The notes below the pieces were generated by a model. It did no database searches. It had not been told where the DNA came from and worked only from the letters and a program-made list of their open reading frames with translations. Below are positions 45,501-52,156 of a stretch of DNA of 52,156 bases, piece by piece. Made by a program: the position numbers and the translations under genes. The stretch's first letter is position 1, and the number at the start of each line of letters is the position of its first letter. The stretch spans positions 1 to 52,156 of the forward strand of contig JAKIUH010000001.1 of assembly GCA_021647685.1 (NCBI GenBank), read 5' to 3'. The stretch comes from Bacteroidales bacterium. Its GTDB lineage: Bacteria > Bacteroidota > Bacteroidia > Bacteroidales > NBLH01.

Positions 45501-45890
45501 CTAATTTTTCATAAACTTCTTTATAATTTTATTTGATTTTGCATCAATTATTATAAAAAAAATTCCTTGCTTCAAGTCTTTTAAATCAAGTTCAAACTTA
45601 CGTGGATTTTCTATATTATCAAACCACCGTAATTTTTTACCATTTATATCAAAGATACTTGCATTTATAGAGCTATCCGAAAGGTTTGTCAATACAAGAA
45701 GTTTATCTTTTACAGGGTTAGGAGCAAGAGTAATATCATTAGCTTCGGGAGTTTTATAGTGAATTATTTGAGCAGGGCGGGTGATAATCCAAATATCCGG
45801 ATCAAAGATTATATTTTTTACTTTAAAATCAATATCGAAAATAAACTCTTGATTATTTTCTGTATTATTAAAGTAGATAATATTATCTTT
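45501..45890 (-). pseudogene. Detached C-terminal region of the M1 peptidase, including the T9SS sorting domain, in frame behind a TGA
   Basis: 129 codons are open in the same frame as the peptidase, directly after TGA (45893-45891): KDNIIYFNNTENNQEFIFDIDFKVKNIIFDPDIWII...LAPNPVKDKLLVLTNL...ASIFDINGKKL...GIFFIIIDAKSNKIIKKFMKN. This is a Por_Secre_tail pattern. Confidence 0.7.
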
Positions 45891-47354
45891 TCACCCTCCT
45901 GATAATAGAACAGGAATATTTAACTCAAAAAAATCAACAGACGAATGGGATTGTTTTTGTTTTACTTCCATGTAAAAAGAATTATCACTATTTTGTCCCC
46001 AGCTTAATGTATAAGTAGGATATCCTTGACCATAAACCCAATCATTAAACAGCTCCGATAGGTCTTTACCTCTTGTTTGCTCAAAATGTAAACGTAAATC
46101 CTTTGTTGAAGCATATCCATTTTGCAGTTTAGGGTCATTCAAATAGTTTCTGATTCCGCTAAAAAAAGCCTCATCACCAATTTGCCCCCTAATCAAGTGT
46201 AAAACCATTGCACCTTTAGCATAGCTAAGTCTTCCATCAAAAATTGTGTTTTCATTACTAATATCCGTAACATATACCGAACCTCCCGATTCAGAAGTAA
46301 CATAATCTATTTTATCAGCCAGCCAAGTTTTCCAGTTTTGTCCACCTAAACCATTTTCATAACATAGACCTTCACAGTAGGTAGCAAAACCTTCATTAAG
46401 CCATATATCGTGCCAACCGGCACATGTGATATAATCACCAAACCACTGATGTGCTAATTCATGAGCAATAATAGAATAACTAAAACTTCCCATAAAACTC
46501 ATGGTCTGGTGCTCCATTCCTCCGCCCCAGCCAAATTGAGCATGTCCGTATTTTTCATTTTTAAAGGGATAATCAATAAATTTTTTACTGAAAAATTCAA
46601 TAATTTCAGGAGTAACCGCTGTTTGCGTTTTAATATAATCAACATTTTCAGGATAAATATAATTTAATATTTCAACTGAATCACCATTTTCAAGCTGTGC
46701 ATAATGTGAGTAACTCTCATAATTAGTTACAGCTATGGCAATTAAATAGGCAGCAATAGCATGGCGATGTTTCCAATGGGTTGTAATATTATCACCGGTA
46801 AGCGTTTCAGAAATTAACAAGCCGTTTGAAGCAGCTTTATACTCTTTAGGATGCGTAATGTAAACATCTATAGAGTCAGCTTTATCATCAAGACTTTGTT
46901 TGCAGGGCCACCAATCTTTGGCTCCATAAGGCTCAGACAAAGTCCACATAACCGGTACATTATTATGAGTAGAAACAGTAAACGAACCAAACCCATCACT
47001 TTCAGGAGCTCCTTGATAATAAATACTTAAAGAATCAATTGTGCCGGTAACTAATTGTCCGGGCAGTTGCACTATTAAAATATTATTGGATTTTGTGCTT
47101 TGTAACTTGTTGCCTTTGTATAATATTGAATCGACACCAATACCCGTTCCCATATCAAAACTTAAAGTGCTAGTATTATTTTTGATTTCAAAATAAAAAG
47201 TGATGATACCTTTTATATATTTAACCGCCGGATCAACTTCAAACTCCAAACGTAAATATTTCTGGTCATAATTAACACCTGCAACATTTTGAGCAGATAA
47301 ACTTATAGAAAGGATTAAAAAAAAAGTCAGTATAAATGTTTTTAAAGATTTCAT
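45891..47354 (-). CDS. M1-family zinc aminopeptidase (gluzincin), truncated before its T9SS CTD
   Basis: Signal peptide present. GGMEH exopeptidase-like motif, HELAHQWFGD zinc site, and downstream WLNEGFATY glutamate. Confidence 0.85.
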   Translation of the reverse strand: MKSLKTFILTFFLILSISLSAQNVAGVNYDQKYLRLEFEVDPAVKYIKGIITFYFEIKNNTSTLSFDMGTGIGVDSILYKGNKLQSTKSNNILIVQLPGQLVTGTIDSLSIYYQGAPESDGFGSFTVSTHNNVPVMWTLSEPYGAKDWWPCKQSLDDKADSIDVYITHPKEYKAASNGLLISETLTGDNITTHWKHRHAIAAYLIAIAVTNYESYSHYAQLENGDSVEILNYIYPENVDYIKTQTAVTPEIIEFFSKKFIDYPFKNEKYGHAQFGWGGGMEHQTMSFMGSFSYSIIAHELAHQWFGDYITCAGWHDIWLNEGFATYCEGLCYENGLGGQNWKTWLADKIDYVTSESGGSVYVTDISNENTIFDGRLSYAKGAMVLHLIRGQIGDEAFFSGIRNYLNDPKLQNGYASTKDLRLHFEQTRGKDLSELFNDWVYGQGYPTYTLSWGQNSDNSFYMEVKQKQSHSSVDFFELNIPVLLSGG

Positions 47355-47474
47355 TTTAGATTATTTTATAGTTATAAGTTACCGCTTATTTAACACAAAA
47401 CTAACTGATTTTATTATATGTATCTACAATAAATAAAATTTATACTTAATTTTGTATGCTAAAAATAATCAGAT

Positions 47475-47906
47475 ATGGAAAATCCGGATAAACGCATTAT
47501 AGATTTTATAAATGAACACCACGTATTGACATTAGCAACTTCAAAAAACAACAAAGCCTATTGTGCTAATTGTTTTTATGCTTATATTCCTGATGAGAAC
47601 TGTTTTGTATTTACCTCTGATTTGGAAACCAAACATGCCCAAGATGCAATGGAAAACAGTTATGTTGCAGCATCAATTGTTTTAGAAACCAAAACAGTTG
47701 GTAAAATACAAGGTATTCAACTCACCGGAAAAATGTACCGTCCGGACAATGAATTACAAAAATTAGCCAAAAAAGCATATTTGAAGGCTTTTCCTTATGC
47801 CGCTTTAATGAAAACTACACTTTGGATATTAAAACCAAATTTTATTAAAATGACACATAATACTTTAGGCTTTGGCAAGAAACTTATTTGGGGGAGTTTA
47901 GATTAA
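47475..47906 (+). CDS. Pyridoxamine 5'-phosphate oxidase-like FMN-binding fold protein (YhbP/UPF0306-like)
   Basis: 143 aa. ..HHVLTLATSKNNKAYCANCFYAY..FVFTSDLETKH.. and ..IQGIQLTG.. fit the split-barrel family. Confidence 0.6.
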   Translation: MENPDKRIIDFINEHHVLTLATSKNNKAYCANCFYAYIPDENCFVFTSDLETKHAQDAMENSYVAASIVLETKTVGKIQGIQLTGKMYRPDNELQKLAKKAYLKAFPYAALMKTTLWILKPNFIKMTHNTLGFGKKLIWGSLD

Positions 47907-48178
47907 AATATTTTTTTACTAACTTGGATATATTACTCATCAAAGCTAAAATTCAATTATTTTACATAAAGGTATTGATTTTTAAATATTTTTTGTAATT
48001 TTGTAAACAATACATAACATTTTGTTTCTGCTACTTATAAATGGCATTGAATTTGAAGTAATGATAATAAAATCTGGTATATCAGGTTTTATTTAATATA
48101 ATGTTAATCATAGATTATAAAACAGTATTTTCAGATACGCCCGGTTCTATTAAACATTTGACAATAAAAAATTTACAA

Positions 48179-49330
48179 ATGAAGCTTGACCAATACATAA
48201 AAGAACTCCTAATTGAAAAGGACAGTCTCATAATAAAAGACTTTGGTGCTTTTGAAAAGGTACTTCAATCTGCTGAAATTGATGAAGATTCAGGAGAAAT
48301 AAAACCCCCACATGTAACACTTAAGTTTGACCCGTCTTTAAAAATTGACAGTGGAACTTTAAGTAAATATATTGCCTTAAAAGAAGGTTTTTCAGAGGAA
48401 GAAGCTGTAAAAAAAATTGCGGAACAAGTTAAAATATGGGAAAATGAATTAAAAGAAGGTAAAAGTATTCATTTAGCAGGTATTGGCTTCATCAAATTAG
48501 ATAATAAAGGAACAAAAATATTTAATGCTAAAATTTCGCAAGGAACTTTTCCCGATATGTATGGGCTTCCGGTTATTACCGTAGAAAAAAATAAAGAAAA
48601 AGTTGATTTAAGAAAACAGCCAATAAGAAAGGAACCACCTAAAAAGAAAGAGTCCATAAAAGAAAAAAAAACAGAAGAGAAGAAAATAACGGAAAAGAAA
48701 GCACCGGTAAAAAAGAAACCTATCAAAAAGGAAGCTCCTAAAAAAATGACTAAAGAGGAAAGTGAAAAAGCTTTTAAAAAATTAATACTAACACTATTAA
48801 TAGTCATACCGATAATTGTAATTGGTGTTTTAGTTGCTTTAAATTTTGATTTGGTTAAAGAGAAATTTAATTCAGGCTCGGAATATGTAAGTGGCTTACT
48901 TTCAGGAGAAGAACAAAAAGAAGATAATAATATTGCTACTGATGAAATAAATAATTCCGACACGAACAAAATAGCTGAAATAGATAATTTAGACTCAACA
49001 ATTACAGAAGAAAATGAAACACAAAAAATATTAGAAAACTATACGGTAATTAACGGACAAACAAATCAAACCGTTTCATCGGAAGAACAAATTTCAGAAA
49101 CAGCAAATATTGAAATAATAGCAGGAAGTTTTTCAAGGCTGCAAAATGCAAAACGTTATAGAAATCAATTAAAAAATAAAGGATTTTCAGCAAAAGTTCT
49201 GCCAAAAGCTAATGGGCTATACAGAGTTTCAATTGGCTCATTTAACGACTTAAAAGCAGCAGGCTCTGAAATAGAAAACCTACATGAAATAGACCCAACA
49301 CTCAATGTTTGGATATTATTAAATAAATAA
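48179..49330 (+). CDS. HU-like N-terminal domain / TM / SPOR-domain protein
   Basis: I place the start at ATG 48179. The N-terminal part, MKLDQYIKELLIEKDSLIIKDFGAFEKV.., is like the bacterial HU-CCDC81 domain. It continues with a K/E-rich linker, the TM helix LILTLLIVIPIIVIGVLVALNF, and a C-terminal SPOR repeat (IEIIAGSFSRLQNAKRYRNQLKNKGF..YRVSIGSF). Confidence 0.7.
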   Translation: MKLDQYIKELLIEKDSLIIKDFGAFEKVLQSAEIDEDSGEIKPPHVTLKFDPSLKIDSGTLSKYIALKEGFSEEEAVKKIAEQVKIWENELKEGKSIHLAGIGFIKLDNKGTKIFNAKISQGTFPDMYGLPVITVEKNKEKVDLRKQPIRKEPPKKKESIKEKKTEEKKITEKKAPVKKKPIKKEAPKKMTKEESEKAFKKLILTLLIVIPIIVIGVLVALNFDLVKEKFNSGSEYVSGLLSGEEQKEDNNIATDEINNSDTNKIAEIDNLDSTITEENETQKILENYTVINGQTNQTVSSEEQISETANIEIIAGSFSRLQNAKRYRNQLKNKGFSAKVLPKANGLYRVSIGSFNDLKAAGSEIENLHEIDPTLNVWILLNK

Positions 49331-49351
49331 CAATAAAATTTTAAAAAAGAA

Positions 49352-49390
49352 AAGCCGGACTTGTTTTGTCAGTCCGGCTTTATTGTTTTC
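49352..49390. terminator. Bidirectional rho-independent terminator between convergent genes
   Basis: 10-bp GC-rich stem aagccggact / agtccggctt. An A-run lies before it and a T-rich tail after. Confidence 0.65.
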
Positions 49391-49504
49391 AACTCTTTAT
49401 AAGTTAAAACCCAAAACTTGCTCTTTTAACACAGTACAAAAATACACTAAATACTTGTTAAAATTCATTAAAAAAACTTAAAGAATGTTAAAATCCTTTC
49501 TAAA

Positions 49505-49535
49505 GTGAGCAGATGACTTTAAGTCATCAGCTCAC
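49505..49535 (-). terminator. Hairpin 9 nt after the thioredoxin-like gene stop
   Basis: 15-bp stem with one mismatch (gtgagcagatgactt / aagtcatcagctcac). The T-tail on the minus strand is weak. Confidence 0.45.
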
Positions 49536-49543
49536 TCAAGCAC

Positions 49544-50062
49544 TCACTGTTTTTTTACAATTTCCAGCATATCAGCTTCCAAACTTTTTTTCGGACTTTC
49601 AATAATCCTTCCAAGTTCTTTATTTGCACGATAAAATATAAATAGAGGAACTCGCGTAATATTTAGTTCATCAACATTAGTTCCCTGTGCTTTTTTATCG
49701 GTATCTACACAAATAACTGTTAAATCCTTTGTATTATATTCAAGATGATCCAATATTTTATAAAATCGAGGTACCTCTCTCCTACTATCGCTACACCAAG
49801 TACCCAAAACAATTGTGATTTTAATATTTTTCCTGAAATCACCTTTGTCAATCAGTTTTAATATGGAATCGTTTACTTGATAATGTTTGTATCCCGGGGT
49901 AAACCATTCATGGAAGGGTTCCATTTTTAAGCCCTCACGGTTCACATAACCAATTAAAACATTATCACTGGCTTTTTCATCAAATTTTGTTTTATTTATT
50001 TTTGTATTATCACAATTCGTTAATAATAAAATAAATGTTAATAAAAAAAATACAGGTTTCAT
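49544..50062 (-). CDS. Thioredoxin-fold lipoprotein with a WCxxS motif
   Basis: I place the start at ATG 50062 (MKPVFFLLTFILLLTNC lipobox). The active-site region GTWCSDSRREVP has Ser where the resolving Cys would be. TGA stop. Confidence 0.7.
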   Translation of the reverse strand: MKPVFFLLTFILLLTNCDNTKINKTKFDEKASDNVLIGYVNREGLKMEPFHEWFTPGYKHYQVNDSILKLIDKGDFRKNIKITIVLGTWCSDSRREVPRFYKILDHLEYNTKDLTVICVDTDKKAQGTNVDELNITRVPLFIFYRANKELGRIIESPKKSLEADMLEIVKKQ

Positions 50063-50166
50063 CGTTATATATTTAAATTTAAAAATGTTTCGGTACAAAT
50101 TTATGTCTAAAATATAAATTTATTTGCTAATATTGTATTTAATGTGTTGTGAAAAATAATAATAAA

Positions 50167-51729
50167 ATGAATAAAATATATTTCTTATTAATAATTGCTT
50201 TTCTTTTTCTTAACATCAAACTTGTAAATGCACAAGCTAATAAAATAAATCCAAACGGTTATAATAAGTTTTATTACGGAAACGGACAAATATCCAGCGA
50301 AGGAATGATGCGCAACGGAAAACCCGATGGTTATTGGAAAACCTATTACGTAAACGGACAATTAAAATCCGAAGGTTTACGTAAAAATTGGGAACTGGAC
50401 AGCACTTGGGTTTTTTATGATGAAAAAGGAAACATCACTAAAAAAATTAATTATAAATACGGTAAAAAAAACGGATATTATATTGTTTATAAATTAATTA
50501 AAGATACGGTAGATCGAAATATAATTAAATCAAAAGAATTATATGTGAATGATTTACGTCAAGGAGTATCCGAATATTATTATGACAACGGAAAAATTCA
50601 CCTGAAAATCAACTATGTTGATAATCAAAAACAAGGCGATGGAATTGAATACGATGAAAACGGAAGAATTATCACATTATATAAATACCGGCACGATATA
50701 ACGGTTGCCAAAGAACGTATAAACAGATATACAAAAGACGGCAAAAAAAACGGAACATGGAAAGAATTTTATCCGAATGGGAAAATTAAAAAAGAAAGTT
50801 ATTATAAAAACGGTTATCTGCATGGCTATGTAAAAGAATATGATCAAAGAGGAAAGCTTTTAAAATCAGAACGTTATGTAAACGGTAAATTATATGTTGA
50901 ACCCAAAACCGAAAAGAAAAAAGTAGATTTCAGAAAAAAATATTATTCAAACGGAAAACTTAAAGAAACCGGAGCGTACCGAAATAATAAACCGGTGGGT
51001 GTTCATCGTGAATATAATAAAAACGGGAAAGTTATTGCTGCCAAAACATACAGCTCATCGGGTTGGGTTATGGCAGAAGGTATTGTTGACCGTAAAGGCA
51101 AACGACAAGGAAAATGGACTTACTATTATAAAAGCGGCAAAATAAAAGTAAACGGAAATTACCGGAACAGCCGTAGAGTAGGCGATTGGAAATTCTTTTA
51201 CGAAAACGGAAATGTAGAACAAGAGGGAACTTATAACAGCAAAGGTCGCCCGGATGGATTGTGGAAATGGTATTATCCAAACGGTGTTTTATTACGCGAA
51301 GAAGAACTTACCAATGGTAAATTAGACGGTAAATACGTTGAATATTCAGACGATGGAACCATTGTGGCAAAAGGACAATATATTGATGGAATGAAAGAAG
51401 GAGCTTGGTATTATCATATCGGAGATATTATTGAAGAAGGTAATTACAAAGCTGATTTAAAAGATGGTGAATGGGTAAATTATTACGAAAATAAGCAAAA
51501 ACAATTTGTTGGCAGCTATGTAGATGGCGAAGAGAACGGAAAACATATTTATTTTTATCCGAACGGGAAAATAAAAATGCAAGGTGAATATTCAATGGGT
51601 AAACGTCATAATACTTGGGAATTTTATGACGAAGACGGTATTTTGCGTACCACCATAACCTACCGCCTTGGCGAAGAAATTAAAATTGACGGTCGATTAA
51701 TTGAGAAATCAAAGAAAAAAGAAAATTAA
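50167..51729 (+). CDS. MORN-variant (YwqK-like) repeat protein, secreted
   Basis: ATG 50167 followed by a signal peptide. About 20 repeats of the G-x-x-x-G-x-W-x-x-Y-Y-x-N-G-x-x-K-x-E-G type. Confidence 0.7.
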   Translation: MNKIYFLLIIAFLFLNIKLVNAQANKINPNGYNKFYYGNGQISSEGMMRNGKPDGYWKTYYVNGQLKSEGLRKNWELDSTWVFYDEKGNITKKINYKYGKKNGYYIVYKLIKDTVDRNIIKSKELYVNDLRQGVSEYYYDNGKIHLKINYVDNQKQGDGIEYDENGRIITLYKYRHDITVAKERINRYTKDGKKNGTWKEFYPNGKIKKESYYKNGYLHGYVKEYDQRGKLLKSERYVNGKLYVEPKTEKKKVDFRKKYYSNGKLKETGAYRNNKPVGVHREYNKNGKVIAAKTYSSSGWVMAEGIVDRKGKRQGKWTYYYKSGKIKVNGNYRNSRRVGDWKFFYENGNVEQEGTYNSKGRPDGLWKWYYPNGVLLREEELTNGKLDGKYVEYSDDGTIVAKGQYIDGMKEGAWYYHIGDIIEEGNYKADLKDGEWVNYYENKQKQFVGSYVDGEENGKHIYFYPNGKIKMQGEYSMGKRHNTWEFYDEDGILRTTITYRLGEEIKIDGRLIEKSKKKEN

Positions 51730-52156
51730 TACAAAAACCCAAACAGCCAAAGCGGTATTTTATTGCCAAAACCTTGTTCAATATCATCAGCTGCAATAAA
51801 AGAATTTGCTTTGCCGGCTATTTGATGATAATCTTTATTTTTCCCGCCAATTTCAAAAATATATTTTCCGTCAACAATAAAATCTCCTTTATTGCTTGTA
51901 CTGATGCTGTGCTTATACGATAATTGATTGGCAAAAAAAGTTTCTCTTAAATTGCCTTTGTTATGCACATGTTGGGTAAAAACATAAATTAAATTCGGAT
52001 GATGTAAATAAACTTTTTCGGGTTTTGCCAATGCACTTATTCCTTTGGCCTTTGGATACACTATATTAATAATTTTTGCTTTATGCAATGAGTGTAAATA
52101 GTGAATAACCGATTGCCACGATACATTTATTGCCGATGCCAAAGCAGAAATATTAG
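51726..52156 (-). CDS. C-terminal part of a second AAA ATPase / DUF4143 protein (gene runs off the right window edge)
   Basis: The frame stays open to the window edge (..NISALASAINVSWQSVIHYLHSLHKAKII..). The C-terminal GDFIVDGKYIFEIGGKNK is a typical DUF4143 endonuclease-like motif. Confidence 0.75.
   Translation of the reverse strand, partial: NISALASAINVSWQSVIHYLHSLHKAKIINIVYPKAKGISALAKPEKVYLHHPNLIYVFTQHVHNKGNLRETFFANQLSYKHSISTSNKGDFIVDGKYIFEIGGKNKDYHQIAGKANSFIAADDIEQGFGNKIPLWLFGFLY

Noticed and set aside
45891-45893. The in-frame TGA in the M1 peptidase as evidence for genome-wide TGA recoding (code 4 or 25) or selenocysteine.
   Set aside because: TGA also ends the abiEii C-terminal fragment (436-438) and the thioredoxin-like gene (49544-49546) at sensible C-termini. 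None of the other ~40 genes contains an in-frame TGA. The position follows Gly-Gly in a linker, not a redox motif, and I see no obvious SECIS-like hairpin. A local nonsense change, readthrough or error is more parsimonious.

Overview
This is a low-GC, Bacteroidota-like chromosomal segment. The assignment rests on T9SS C-terminal sorting domains, TAnnTTTG-type -7 promoter boxes, and many lipoprotein and outer-membrane genes. Standard genetic code; stops are mostly TAA/TAG. Left to right: (1) A polysaccharide ABC-export locus (wzt/wzm, acetyltransferase, GH18). The sugar aminotransferase gene that should follow wzt directly is displaced by about 3.3 kb of very AT-rich accessory DNA. That DNA holds an abiEi/abiEii toxin-antitoxin pair (toxin frameshifted), an AAA ATPase with a DUF4143 domain, an inverted-repeat-bounded 246-bp segment, and decayed duplicate copies of the aminotransferase 5' end. 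(2) Two paralogous 'tail-fiber-like' surface proteins (beta-roll repeats plus an S74 intramolecular chaperone domain) flank a T9SS-secreted protein. (3) A beta-propeller/Y_Y_Y sensor fused to a PP2C phosphatase. (4) A TetR-controlled RND efflux operon (MFP-RND-TolC). (5) Outer-membrane and lipoprotein genes. (6) A sigma-54 two-component system lies divergent from a HlyD, 3x double-FtsX permease and ATPase operon. (7) pruA, an initiator-type tRNA-Met, an M1 aminopeptidase cut off from its T9SS sorting domain by one in-frame TGA, and envelope genes (SPOR, thioredoxin-like, MORN repeat). Several structured intergenic repeats and palindromes sit just 3' of genes. I found no CRISPR array, rRNA, transposase or integrase. 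The best candidate for something new is the serial-insertion hotspot at the aminotransferase 5' end (328-3732). All calls come from reading the sequence and motif recognition; no database search was possible.
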